Shown here piece by piece: positions 15,201 through 30,200 of a DNA stretch of 64,000 nt (position 1 is its first letter; every line of letters starts with the position of its first letter). The notes beneath the pieces are model-generated. The model did no database searches, was not told the DNA's origin, and saw nothing but the letters and a program-made list of their open reading frames with translations. The position numbers were made by a program, and so were the translations under genes. The stretch lies in the NCBI GenBank assembly GCA_964270895.1, contig OZ185439.1, one strand, 5' to 3'. The DNA is from Podarcis filfolensis (taxonomy: Eukaryota).

Positions 15201-18200
15201 AAATATATGCAACTTGTCTTTCCTGAATTTTTGAAGCAGTAGTATAATATTAGTCCTACAGTACCTTACAGACAAAGCTATTGGCTTACAAGGATAATTT
15301 GCCCCTCTAAATTGATATATAAGTCAGAAATTGGACTAACGTGGCAGGAAAAAACCATAATGGCACTGCACATACCCTTTTTTATGTAGAAAAGTTTGCA
15401 AATACATTACATCCTGACTGGACTGTTCAGTTTTTGAGTGAAGTTTTGCATTAGTTTTATTGTGCACATGGAATACGTTAAGCTGTAGGACCTCCCACAA
15501 AAATTTAAATATTAGAGAATGGGGGGGGGAGACTAAGCTTCACTATGTGAGGTTAATAATGCTGTAAAAGGGAGATAATTTTTTTAAGTGACTATGCTGG
15601 ACAAAGAATAAAGTGAGTACAAGTACAATTTAATGTATATTAATCCAAGGTAGTGATTGCTGTTACTATCCGGTCTCTGCATTGGGCTAATCCATTATTA
15701 CAGTACACTGTGAATGAAAAGATTAAAGCCTCGGCACAGACAAGGGAAGAAATACTTCAACAACCCTGTGTGTCTTACAGTGTAAGAGATCACAAGGGTC
15801 TAGTGCTATGATGTGATTATGTTCCAAAAACGAACTATTTCTAACACAGAGATTGCATGACCCCCTGCTTTCTTACATTCAGTTACAAAAATACACTTAT
15901 TCCCATCTGCGTATATGCTGACTACTCTAGCATTGCTTACATAGAACATCAACATTAGTAATGTTAGTAAAATGCTGGTTCTTTGAGTTGCCTTTTAGCA
16001 GCTGTGAATTGGCAGCTAGCACCATTGGGACCAGCTGATTGTTCCATAGCCCCACCATGTCTCAGTTGACCACAACATCCAAATCTTTATAATCAGGCAC
16101 AAAACCATTTTTTAGATTTGGGAGAAATAAGAGAGAGTTTCTTAGAAAATACTCTATGATTTGGTAACAAATCTTAACATCCACACTAGTATATGCATAT
16201 AAATATGTTTATCCACGTTCAAGAGCTAAAAAACGCCAGGCTCTTCATAACCACAAGTCAGTATTAAAGTAAAGTATTGATACCTATGCAATGTTTTCTG
16301 AGAAGAGCCTTTTAATTATCCTTGAACATACAAGTATTTAGTGATTTTGATGATGCTCTTCCTTGGTTTTGAGTGCAGAGTAGTTAGTGCCCTTAGCTAA
16401 ACAAATGTGAAGAAGCCATAAACGTGGTCCTCTGGACCATTTAAAAACTTGGTTCATTTTAATTTTTTTAAAAAAAACAACAACCATTAGTTCTTGTAAT
16501 TGGTTCTGGTAATAATCATGATTCAACTTGGCATAGAGCCTTATGTTCAATGTCTCATAATTATATTCATGTTTGTACAATTATTTTACACAGTCATGCA
16601 TTTTATCTCTGTTTTTATTAACTGAATGGTTATTTTGGAAAGAAACTGCAATAAATGTGGGAAGCAGTGGATCTTTCTGATGACAGGAGTAATTAGATTT
16701 TGACTTGCAACAAGGCAGAGATATGAGGTGTTGATTATCCTTGAGAGGAGAATTGCAAATAGAGATCGATGAATTCCTGTTGTCTGCTAAATTTATTGCA
16801 TGTTTCTCCGTATGAAAATAGTTCCAATATAGAATATTTAAGTCTAATACATGTAAAAATTCTTGCCATTCACTTTCATCACGAAAGTGCCTACGGGTGT
16901 TGAACTTGTTCTTAGCTGCTGGAACAAAGCTTCAGCAAATGCTTGTGATTTTCCTTAATAAACAAGCACAGCAGGATTGCAACTTCATTGCCACAGAAAA
17001 TACTAGCAACATTCTTCATAGCATGTTTAGACATCAGCATATTCTGTTGTAACTGTATAGCACGAGAGGACTGATTCAACAAATCTGAAGGATCTTGGCC
17101 TTTTCAGGTGAATTTTTTCTTAGTTCTACTACAATGCCACAGTGTTTACCTTAATGTCATTTAATTAGAATTTTGACAAGCTGTCTGAGTCTGGAAGTCT
17201 CTTGTTTCAGGGTCAGTGCAGTTTTAATCATAGTCTAGTGAATTCAGCAGGTAGCAGTTCTGTTTTCCCATAATTTGTGCAGTGTTTCTTGTCCCTGACT
17301 CTGTTTTTGTGCAGTTACTCCAGTGGCTCATCCAGTTACATGGATGCTATGCTCTTTATTCTGTGAACTGTTCTGAAGTCAAAGATATTGAGAGAACAAA
17401 AAGAGCACAATAAAATAGAGAGGAAAGTGAAAACATTGGTGTGGTAGTCTAATCCAATTGTTGAAAACGAAAACAAGCTGGCATCACATTCAAAGTCTAT
17501 TCAGTCAGATGAGTCTCACAGATCTGGAAGCTGTCAATGTGCTGCCCATTGATGCGGATCTCCATGTCAGTCCTCTTTGAACTTTTAGAGTCTGCAGCTG
17601 GAAGTTCTGGGATTGTCTTGTCAAAATTCTCCATCTTGATCTGATATTCCCCTTTAGCACCTCGAACCAACATGGAGGCAAAATGGTGGTGTAATATGAT
17701 CTCTGATGGAAGATAGGATGTCCTCCTCTGGCATGTTTCTCCAGTGCCCTCTTGTGTGGCAGAAAGGAAGACTACTAGCTCAAAATGTTGATGAGCCTCC
17801 CTTTGCAGGAGAATGGCTAGAGGGCTAGATGGAGTTATGGGATGATAATAGGTTAAAGGAAAGATAAAGAAAGGGCACTCTTCTGAAGTGATGCTGTCTA
17901 GATGGAAATCCACACTGGTTTGATGCAACTGACCATTTTCTTGTTCTTCATAAAGAACTGCAGAAATCCGAACACTGGTGAGTGGGCTTGGGCGAGTATT
18001 GGCCACTTGGAACATTAGATATGGCTTTCCTTCTTTGTGTGTCACTACAGCAGAATAGGTGAACCGGATGGAGAGAGCTCGATTCTTTGGACGGGCAATT
18101 TTTGCTACAAATGCACCTAAATAAAAAGAGAATTTACATATAGATTGTGCGTGTAATTATAGTTTCCTAATTCCCTTTATAGTATATTGAAAGGAAACAC

Positions 18201-21200
18201 AATTAAAGCAAGTTGCACTGTATTAGGTTCACAATATTTATTATTAGCATAAGTATTTCACATTTTTAATGATGTTCCCACATTCTTCAGGTCCATCACA
18301 TTAATTTCCTAAACCACAAAAATACTTTTTATAGTAAATATTTTTTAAATCAGGTGTTCATTAAAATATTTTCCACCATCTTTGTGAACTTGAATAATGA
18401 CATATGCTTTTGACAAAATAAGACCCACAGTCTCTGCTTTCTGATTTAGCATTTCAGGCTAATTGTCTGCTAAGTAATCTCTTAGTAGGTTTATTTTGTT
18501 ATAAGCTTCATTTATTATATAGCAAATTTTATTTCAGTAACATAGAACAGTTTTATTTATTAACTCATTTAAAATTATTTTCAATAAAACATAGCAGGGT
18601 TTGAAAATTCTCTGATAGTCATTGATAACTTGTCAGTAAAAAGTCTTTGCTGCAGTCCTAAGCATACTTATGGAAATACTGCATTGAACTATGTAAATGT
18701 TCATTTCTTGGTTAAGCTGCTAAGGATTCATCTGTTAGCTTTAAACTATGCAAATGTGTATGGGCAGTTAATTCTACTAACTAATCACACTTTTTAAAAT
18801 AATGTAAAAAAAGGTTTCTGAACTAAAGCATGCATTTGGGAAGAACTGAACCACCTATTTAGATGTTTAGTACAAGTTGCTGTTTAATAATTCTTTTCAT
18901 ACTGTAAAATGGAAATACATCCTCATCAAAGAACAGTATTTCTCAGAATGCTGAGTGACATAGCCCTATCCTTGCTTTCTTGCTGTAGCTTTATGACAAA
19001 GCTCTTATTTAAACTATAACATAAAAGCACTAGGTTATGAAATTGTATGTAATTACCTGTGATGAAGGCCTCCAGCATCAGACCCAGTACCATTTGTATA
19101 GCAAGTAGGGCAATTGCACTTGGACAGTCTCCACTTGGGAACATTGTGCCGTAACCAATAGTGAGCTGTGTCTCCAGTGAGAAAGAAAAAGCAGCTGTAA
19201 AGCTTGTGATATACTTTACACAAATAGTGTGGTTTTCAGGTGGAGAATCATGATCGATCTCCAGATCCCCATTCATTTCTGCTAGTAGGTACCAGAGAAC
19301 TGCAAAGACAAGCCAGTGGAGGACAAAAGAAGCAGAAAATACCAGCATCATCCATCTCCAGCGCATATCCATAAGGATTCCCCAAGCATCTTTTAGGTAT
19401 GCCAGGCCTTTCCCGTGGGCACCATCCATTTGTAGTGTGCTGTGTCCATCTTTTGTGACCATTCTTGGGTATCGTTGGGCCAGGAGAGGAGCACTAGGTT
19501 TGGTGTTGTTGCCTTCTATCACTTCTGTCCTCATCTTCTGAAAATGAAAAGAAACAAAACTGTTGGATGCTTGTTTATCTGTAGTTCAGATGATGTTCAG
19601 AGATTCTGACACATTGGCAGTGGACCAGACGCTACCTGCAGCTAGCCAAGGGGGTCTTTAAACATGCAGTTCTGAGAAAAGTAACTTTGGAGAGCCAGGT
19701 TTGCCACTGCTTCCATTGTACGATAATGATTACCTACAAAAATTAATGTTGGATCCTTCTTTGATGATAATTTAGAAACGTAAGCCAAACTTTTTGACTT
19801 CTCAGGTTTATTTGTGGGTCTAGTGGTTAGTTTGATAGTGAAGGAGTACTGCAAGTCTTACTTTTCTGAAATTCAGAGGTGTGTTCTGTAACTTTAGCAA
19901 ATATGTGTTTAATATTTAAGCAAAGCACACTATCAAAGCTATTATTAATATTATAAATGTTCTATATATTCCTTTGGTGGCCATCTGAAGGCTGTCATAT
20001 CAAATATAATAAATTAAAATTTCCTCATTATAAGCTCTTGTGGGATTTTCTACCTAAATATGTTTACTGCTACGAACCATGATATTTTTATTGTCTAGAA
20101 TTGTGGTACCTGGGATATAGCCTCTTCTGCTGAACATACTCAGGCCAGTGCTGTTGTAAAGCTGTATTAAAAAGGGGATAGAGAATAATACGGAAAATAT
20201 TATGCAATTATATAAGCCGAGAGAAGTCCTGAGGAAAAAAAAATCATCTCTAAACCCAATTTGCCAAAGGGGAAACTGGAGTGAGGCTTTTGTTATGTGT
20301 CCTTAATCATGTTTCTAATACTGTAGTGTGGCAGCTTGGGTTCCTGTGGAGTTACAAATATTGAGTATCTCGGAAAATAAAAGATCAATCCCTGTGCTTT
20401 TTATGAGCTTTTCTCTTATAGCAGAAAAAGCTCACAGCTTTAAAATTAACAAACATAAAAGAAAGCAAAATATTCAATCATGGTGTCTCCCTATTTGATA
20501 GAGACTGGTTGAAATGAAAAATGTGAGAGAAAGGATGCTGGCATATTTGAAAAGAGAGATTAAACTGGGGTAACTGCTGAATGACATAGTCACAGAGCAG
20601 CAGATCTGATCTAATATTGATGGTAAAATGAAACATATTTGGTCCATCTTGTTGCACAATCATTGTGTGTTGTTTGTTTCTCTCTGAATGGGATCCAGAT
20701 ATCTTATTTCAAAATAACAACTTCTGGTGGGGGGCTATCACATTTTCCAAATACTTAGACATTAGTATTCCCCTTCAGGAAAAATGCGAAAATGATTGCA
20801 TTGTAATTTGATACATGCTTACTACAGGCATAGTTATGATAATAAATTTGATTGAAATATATTCTTTACAAATGTGTAGGGTGGCTTCCTTGGGGTGGGG
20901 TGTATTAAACTGCTTTGAGATTAATTATAATCAAGCTATATAAAAAATGTGTTAAATAAAAAACACACAAATTAGTCATGGGCCAGTCATCAAAAGTAGT
21001 TGCACTGTTTTATAGTACTACAGCACCTAAGATATTTACAATCAGTCAGTTTTGACAAAATGTGGAGTAGAGTTCACTGATTGTGCAGAGCTAATCAGAT
21101 GCTTATCTCCTGCATATGTTGTACTTGGCAACTCTGTTTTTGCTGTTTTGCTAAGCTTGCACATGAGTCATTATAATGGTTTTTATTGTTATGTTCCATG

Positions 21201-24200
21201 CTTATGTCTCAGGTTGATTAGAGACTTTATGTAGCAAGTGACTAACAAGTAAAATTATTATTATTGATGATGATGATAAATGAAAAAATAATGCAATATA
21301 CAGTGTAGAACTGCTATTCTCTCAACAGAAACATTTTAAGCTTAAACTTACAGCAAAAGTAAGTTGAAGTCTCATGGATTGAGCAAGATGTGTCTATAAT
21401 TGGGATTTGGGAGCACTGGTGAACAAGGCCATGACTGATTGATAAAGCTGATGGGGCAATGAAAAATGCTAGTAATAATACTTAGCCTGTATGTATTTAG
21501 ACTTTTCAAAAGTCTTCCACATACATTATTGTAATTGTCTTTGTAGGCTGTAAAATAGGTCAGTATTTCTATTCCAATTCTGCTTGTAGGGACCTGAAGC
21601 TTTGTTCACCGGAGAGGCAACTTTTGATCTGTGGGTTCCATGATCCACAGCTCTGTCTCTTCACCCTCATGCTGTACTAGCAAAACATATTGACAGTAAG
21701 TATTCAGGTAAATTTTATTCAGAGTAGACCTATTGAAATCAATGGCTCTAAGTCATGTTCATAATTTTGATGGGTCTGCTCTGATTAAAACAAAGTTGAA
21801 TACCAGTGCCTCAGTTTCATTCCAGCATAAAATGAGCTCTCTTATTAAAAAGAGATTTTTCCCTTCAATTTGGGAAAAATTCCACACCGTCATTTCATTC
21901 TGTTAAGTCATATGAGCACTTCAAGTAAAATGGCTGTTCTGATAATGTATCGGAAAATTGTATTAGTGAAGTCATCATATTTTATTTCTGCCAATGAAAT
22001 ATAAATATAAGCACAATGTTTCTATAGCCCATTAAAACACGGTAACTGAGGCTTGTAGTTTGCAAGTGGCTAGAGTTCAACAAAGTATTCATTTTGAACT
22101 GTTCCCTGGTAGAAAATAATTATAAAATTTGCATTTGAAATTTTAAAAGAGACTCTTTGAACATGACTTTTGACTGTCAGAAGCAGAACTTTTCTTGACT
22201 TGAGAAAATGATGAGAAAAATACCATTTTGAAATGAAAGCAAACAATCCTAATGTCATGCTAAACATGCAAGTTTATGTTATGGGTTCAAGCCAGTCCAC
22301 TGCATGTGTGGTGCCCAGAGCGATCACCAGAGGAATAACGTGAACTCCAAGATTGCATCCTTTGATCTAGTGGAAGGCTTGAGTGTGACTGTGATGTGGC
22401 AGGTGTGCACATGCCTTGTATTACATGTAATAGCCTGCTGAGCTGCCTGCATATGTCCCTACCTCATTAGAGGAGGTAGGGTCTGCGTCAAAAATAACAA
22501 TTTTTTGAAATACAGACCTATGAATTGATTCTTTATCCTACTGTGATAGTAATGCTGACAGTTTCAACTTTTTAAACAAAGATGCTACTTTATACATGGT
22601 TTGTTGGAAGGTGATGCTTGGTATTTGAAATAAGTATTAAACCTACCATAGGCACTAAATTGCCTTTTGTGAGAATTTATTTTTTAAGATTTTGTAGTTA
22701 TATATTTATATTTTGCATATTTAAGCGTTTCTGTTTTTATAACTAGCAATATGGTAAATAAAACACAGTTTTAAAAAATTAAAGGAAGGAACAGCATAAT
22801 TGGGCCCTGTGTAAGAATTCTGGACTTTAAAATTTTGTTAATAGTAATCTCTGTTAACGGCTGAATGAAAGCAACCTTAACTTGGCATCCAACATCTTCA
22901 TTATATAGGTTTCATTATACATTGAAAGCATACCTCTTTACCTTGGCCTTTGACAACTGAGGTGTTTTTAGGACCCACCCTGTTCTTTTGATTGTAATTT
23001 TTTAAAACTGATTATAATACTGTATTTTTACATTGCTGTAACCCACCTTGGGACTTTATAGTGAATAATGTTTAAGAAATCTAAATAATAACAACGCATA
23101 ATAATTATTACTGAAATAGTGATATTCTGCCTGACCCATGTTCATTAATGTTCATTTTGTATGCGGAATGCACTTTTGAGCTAAGAGTTCCACTACGTAC
23201 CTGATCAACTACAATTGAAGCACACAAAAATTGCTATTTGCCTTGCTGGGCTTGGATTCCAGTGCACTAGGTAAAGACAGGGACAAGGAACTTCTAGTGT
23301 TCAAAGGATTATCTTACTGGGAAAGTTGGAAAAAGGATTATATCTACCGCTAATTCACCTCCTCAGACAAGAAAAACAGTTGACTTGTTACTCTTCAAAC
23401 ATTCCTTTTTATTTATTGTTTCCAGGAGGTAGTCATATGCAAAAGTTGCAAGAGCTGTCTGTTTTGGAACATTGTTTTATATAAACTTAACACACCTTCA
23501 TTACATCCTGTATAGTTTACTGTAACATGCTCTATGTGGGGCTGCCTTTCGAAAAGTGCTCAGAAACCAACTGGCCTAAATAGCTGCACGCCAGGGAGCA
23601 TGAACCTTACTTGTTACAATAGCTCCACTGGCTACACCAGTCTTTTTCCAGGCACAATTCAAAGTCCTATTTATGACCTATAAAGCCCTTATGCAGCTTA
23701 GCTCAGGCTATCTGAAGGACTATATGGGAGAGGGCCTTCTTGGTAGCTGCTCCGAAACTTTGGAACTCCTTTCCTAGAGAAAGGAGTTGCTTCAAAGCCA
23801 GCAGGCAAATACTGTTTTATTCCAACAGGCTTTGGGGAACTGGTTGTTTTTAAAGGAAATGGCTTTGAATAGCCCTGTCCTTTTTTTACTATCTCAAAAT
23901 TCTTTAACTTGTCTTTACAGGAAAAGTGCTTCAGTTATGTATTATTTTGTTGCCCAATTCTGCATATTTTCTAGTTCTAGTACCCTTTTTTAGATGGGGT
24001 AACCAAAACTGTAGAGTTCTTCAAATGTGTCTGCAGTGTAGATTTATAAAGGACCATTCTGACCATTTTATATGCAATATCTTTCCTAACAATCTCTAGC
24101 ATGGAATTTTCCATTTTTGTCTCTGCCACTTACTTCATAGATATATCAATGAAATAATCAACTATGACTTCAGTATACTGGAGTATTTCAACCAGTTCGG

Positions 24201-27200
24201 ATACTTGTAGTTCTGAAACATGTGGAGTTCTGTCTTCCCAAGAATGCAACCATGTTGTGCTCAGAAATTTATAGGCATAATCAACTACTTAAAGGCAATA
24301 GTTGTATAAATGCTACAAAGAGGACTTAGAATAAAGTATGCCTGGATTTCCCCTTTTTCTTAACATTATTGTTCAGTGGGTTTGCTCTGCCCCATACTCT
24401 GCTTTAGACATTTAAGAGAATTTCTAATATTAATTTTGAATTGATATGTGTTTATGTGCAAATTGATAGACCTGCAAGTTGATGGTGTTTTTTTAAAAAA
24501 ATTGAAAATTCTACAGGCTGTACGTGTGCAGTGGTTTGAACAAAGTTCAGAAATCAACAAATGAAGAATAGTGGATTACTAATTCATTGCTTTCTCTCTG
24601 TAACCTTGTTTAAATATTTAGAATCAATGAATCTGGGGAGAAATTATAGTGGCGAGAATTATATAAGTATTTCTAACTTTAATAAATTGGATATACCTGG
24701 AGTTATGACTTCTCAAGTGTGCAGCTGTAGAGCTGTGATGCTATCTCCAGCAAATGTATCCAGAACTCAGTGAGTTAAAAATAAAACTTTTTTCACAAAA
24801 ACTTCTGCACTATACTTTCAGCTTAGCAAACCATTATACTTCCATATGTGCCTATTAAAGGATACTGTACCACTTATTTGCTAACTCTAAAAATAAGACA
24901 CACACACCCCGTCAAGTTCTATACATAGTTCATAGGCTTCTGCATTAGGTGAAAATTTTTGAGAATCTTAACTTCTAATTAACAATTAGAAAATAACTCC
25001 TCTTGTCCAGTGGTAACCAATGTAATGCCCTCCAGATGCTGTTGGTCTACAGCTCCTATTTCCCCTATGCTATGTTGGCTGGGCTTCATTAAAGCGGTAG
25101 TCAAACAACTTCTAGTGGTCAGGCACCCAGTTGGCTACCCTTGCTTTAGTCCTTGAGTTCATGAAGATGGGTTTGAAAACAGATTGATAGTATCTATACA
25201 AGACATCAGATATTTATGGACATAGAGCTTCTGTGTTCCACTTGACTGCATTCACCAACTTCATGGCTTCTGGTCACTTTTCTTTGACCTATACACTCTG
25301 TCGCCTACCGTTTACTACTCCCCCCTCCCCTTACTGCAAACCATTTCTAGAAAATGAATGTTTTCCAAGCATTTGGATTTGGAGTTTAAATGTGTAAATT
25401 GAAAATATTTATTCATTTGTATAACTGAGCAAAAATGTATTTCAGTGTTGCAGATTTTTTTGTCCCTTTGGCTTTCTCTGCTTTGTTACAAGAGCAGTTA
25501 AGACATAGATGTATGTAAAGATTCAAGGACTCTCCTATTCAATTAAATTTTTCACATGACTCTTAATGCCAACAAAACATTGCTTAAAAGTGATATTTGG
25601 CAATTGTTATTACATTTGTGTTTTACTACTGTAACCCACCCTGGGACCTAAGGGTGAAGGGTGGGTACTATATAAACCAGCAATAATCAAATGTATTTAA
25701 ATTTTCCACACTACATTTTTGCAAAGTAGATACACTTTCTTTAGCATTTAAGTATGTATCTTAAATTATATATTTGTTATATAAGTTTAACATCCCATGA
25801 TAGATAGGTAGATATTTTCCTAATTGATAGTCATTGTAATAATGGCACCTTCAATTTAAGTCAGATTGCTTATAAAATCTGTAGTAGTTTTGACATCCAG
25901 CTCACTTCAGAAAATTTACTTTGGTACCTGTTTGTAACAGTGAATAGTGCATTAATTCCTCTAGAAAATATTGCCATTTGATGTGAATAAGGTATTCTAT
26001 ACTGCTGAATATCATAGTCATTCTCTCCATAGATGTTCTAACAGAGTATTAATATAAAGGCTTTGAAATTGAATTCACTTGCAAAAGTTTAAAGCCATAG
26101 ATTATATCACTTATAATTTGTAAAAGATAACATGCTGCACTAGTCTGAAGAAACAGTGTTAGGTGCTGCTCATTGCAGCTGTGCAGTTTGCCATTTGCTT
26201 GGAGCGGACTTCCCCAATGTTGTGCCCTCCAGATGCTCTGGACCACCCCTCACATCAGCCATAGCAGTGCCAGCTAGGGCTGACAGATGTAGGAGTCCAA
26301 AACATCTGGAGAGCACCAGGTTGGGGAAGGCTGCTCTAGAGCAAGTAACAGTTGTTTCAAGGAAGCAACCAAAGGGGTACTGCCCACTGCCACCCCCCCA
26401 TCATTTCTGATGTCAAGCAGTTTTGCCATGGTGCTCCCCAAGAACAGGTTCCTGTTCAAACTCTTCTTAAAGCTTGCAGGAAGTGTTGAGTGTGTGTACT
26501 CGTGCCAATATAGCAGGTCTGTCGTTAGGCAGGCGGCAAATGTTGAAAGCATGGTGTGTGCCTTGCGACCTCTAAGCTACGCTGCTGCTCTCAGGTAATG
26601 CCCTCCCCCATTGCAGGTATCCAACAGCAGTCTTGTTGACTTATATACATGGAATGTGCGGGAGTGTGCGTGTGTGTGATCTTGTAATTTGTCTCACGCC
26701 TCAAAATGAGTATTGGCAAAAATAGTTAAGGGTTAAGTGTAACCTAGCTACAAAGTGAAGAAATAAGTGAAGGTATGTTAAACCTGAATAGGTTGATACA
26801 TGTGCCTTTGGATTTAAAACACAAATGTGATACATTTGAATAGTATCAATGAAATAAAAATGGTATCCTTTTCACATTTTATTATGTACTGATTTTTTTT
26901 TCATTGAATAGACTATTTATAATTTTCTCTAGAAGTTTAAAACTATTCCCCAGATAACATTACCATGCATGAAATATCCTAATTCTTCACAACAATCATT
27001 TGTCCCCTTAAATAGGATCTTCCATGTGTAGGAGATAAAATAGCTTTGGGCAAACGAGTAATCTTAACATCGGTAGCAATCAGGTGTTTCTTAAACACTG
27101 ACATTGTGTAAGACAAATGAAGAAACATGTTCGAAAAGTTTGTTTATATGGTTAGAAACCAATAAAATTTAAATTTGCTTTGTGACATAACATTTAATTT

Positions 27201-30200
27201 CTATTCAAATGGATATTCTGTGGTGAGCAACCAGAAAACCTCTGTGTCTAATCAAAAGAATCACTCAAATGATTTTTTAAATAATTGAATTTAAGTGGAA
27301 GTTTCTTTACACTGCTACACAAATTGCTAGCAAATTACTTACCATCTATCAGTCATGCTTTATATAAGTTAAAGCAATAACATATTTTTTCAAAACTTTT
27401 AAATAGAAAGATGAGATATTGCTGGAACCTGGAATTGAATTTAAAACTCTGGTCATCTACATTACTATTAAAAACAACAACTACATCTCCAGGAATAAGT
27501 ACACAGTCTTCAATATCTGACTGGTCACAGGATGGTTACCTTTTTAAAGAAATACTCTTTTAGAATTGCACAGCTAAGATGTGCTTCATGCCTTTTATTA
27601 AAAGCTAAAGAGCCATGCAAGATGCTGAAGTTACTTCCAGGGATCTTCTATACAGAACTGTTCCTTTTGGAAATTGGTTCTGGACGTTGTCACTGGGCAA
27701 TATTCGTTTGGAAAACAATCTCCTTTGAGAAAGTCTTGCAATATTTGAAGTTGGTGTTTCAATTGATATTTTTCAAAACAGGTCTGTCTAAATCCTCCAA
27801 AACTCCATTTTTGTTTTTGAAAGTCTAAAACCACAAAGCAGGAAATATTAATGTAAAAAAGTGATGCTATGTTAGCATCATGTACTTACCAGTGTATTTG
27901 TAGTTTTTATCTACCTGGCAGGGAAAGGGAGGAAGGCGGATGTCCTGGATATTGGAAACGAACCAAACTATCTTGTATCTGTATATAGTGATCCCAAGGA
28001 AGAAAAAAATCTTTTGACAACTAGTTTGGAAGGATGTTTGTTCAAAATGGGCTTACGGGTCTCATTCCACAGTTTATAATGTGGGGGGTTGGCTTTCATA
28101 TGAAGCTGATGTGATTGGTCATTCAGTCTGCAGGGGGGCCAATTAGCTGTGGTCATGTGGAAAAGAATGCTGATTTGTTCGAGCTTTCTTTCCCCAACAC
28201 ATACCCTAGCAGCTGTGGAGAAATCCACACGAACTTACTTGGAGAAAGGGGTGCATTTTTTATCTTAATCAGGATGGAGTTTTTAGGTTTGCATAATCTT
28301 ACTTAAAGGTTTTACTTGGAGGTTCAAAGGAATGAAATTCTTCAGGACTGTTTTCCATTCAAGTTTTCTTGTGGTAGCTATTTAGAGTTCACAATTTCTT
28401 TGATATTTTATTTTAACCAAAACCAGGCAGTTTGAGGTGAAGGTGTGCTTTCTGTTTCACTTTTCTCTTTTTAGGTTTTTTGTACCATGTGGTGCACAGG
28501 ATATGGGTATCCTAGAGATCAAGGTTGCTAATTAGTTTTACATAGTTTACATAGTTGCAACCTAATTTTAGATGCAAGACCTGTAACTTTACTGCGTCTC
28601 TTATTTTGCCTCTACTGTTAAGTCAGCATTGCTCATAGGATTGTATCTAAATTACATCAAATAATATGTAGGATATTGCTGCATGTAACATGGTTATGAC
28701 CAAAAGGAGATGTTTACATTATGCTGTGTCAAATTAGATTTAAATGTAACAGCTGACTAATAAAAACGAGCCGAAAAGAGGCCCATAATGTCTACCTTTC
28801 AGAATCACTTGCATGATCTGTGAGGGTAGCTTTGTAGTGCAGTTCAGCATTTCACATTTTTCCTTAGCTGCTGATGTGAGGACTTTGATCGAACGTCAGA
28901 CCTAAGAGGATCTGAGAAACAAAGGCTGTGATTGTTTGCAGTAAAAGTACTGAAGACCTGCTGTGAAAATTATTAATGTAGACCAATATAATGCTACTTA
29001 GAAACTAAAATCTCCCTCATGTTTTTTCTTTTAAAAAACTCTCCACAAAATACAAAACATTAATTCTTCATTTCATTAGCAGAGAACCTTGTAATACATG
29101 TTGAGGCACAGCACCTTAAAATTGAAACATGCATTTGTGACCTTCATGGGTATGGAGACAAGGGGATACTTTTCACTCAGTATAGCATGGTGCCTTTTCT
29201 TTTTACTATAAGAAACATTAACAGATCATGATATACAAATACTTTTATACTTTTAATGTATTTTTAATACTTGTTGGAAGCCGCCCAGAGTAGCTTGGGA
29301 AACCCAGCCAGATGGGCGGGGTACAAATAATAAATTACTATTACTATACTAACATCTTAAAATAAAAACTGGATTCACCATATATTAGAAGTATGTGTGT
29401 TCTGCCTCAGAAATGCAATTTTCAGTGAAGATTGGAGTGGCGAGTAGTAATATTACAATGCAGGTAAGAAGCTGTTCTGCCATATCTGTAAAGGTTAGTG
29501 GCATATGCAGAACTATAGAGCAAACTTAAACGCATGTGAGACATACTGTCCATGAAATGTTGGATAGTTGGCATGACTATTGAAGTGCAATATTTTGGTA
29601 GGAAGACTGATGTGTATGGATACAATTGTGCAAATTCAGCTTTCAGTAAGGAAAACAGCATAATTCTTGGAGGAAAAAGCACTTGTGCATGGGAAAATTC
29701 TGGTAAGTTGTTTAGATGGTCAAAACTAAAATGAAATATGATTACATTTTAGTCTGCCTGTACCCTAAAAATGATGACCAGTGATTTCTTAAGTCACTTT
29801 GTGTGTGGTCATGATTCAAGGTTGTGCAGTGATTTTCTTTCTCTCTTTCACAGTATTGTAAGCTGTCTTGTACTCGAGGAACTTTGGTTTAGAAACTATG
29901 TAGCCAACAATTAAAAGTTATTTGAAGGATCCTGAAAACGGACACTAAATTAAACTTATTTTTATAATAGAAATGTGTGAGTGAGTGAGTGTGCCTTAGT
30001 GTCTTATAGAAAGATTGTTGACACTGTTTTTTGCTATTCTAGTAAAAAATTTCTCAATAAACAAGTTCTCAGAAGATTGTATTCCAGAACACCACTTTAG
30101 TACTTTGAAGTCAGTCCCTTTTAAAACTTCAAATTACATAGCTGTAGACTCTGTTGGCTGGATGTCTTTGTTGTATCTGAACTTTTCCATAAACACCATT

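Noticed and set aside
18926-19056. C-terminal tail NYIQFHNL... of the 202-aa KCNJ13 ORF
   Set aside because: Intron read-through past the donor at 19057; the real protein continues in the exon at 18116.
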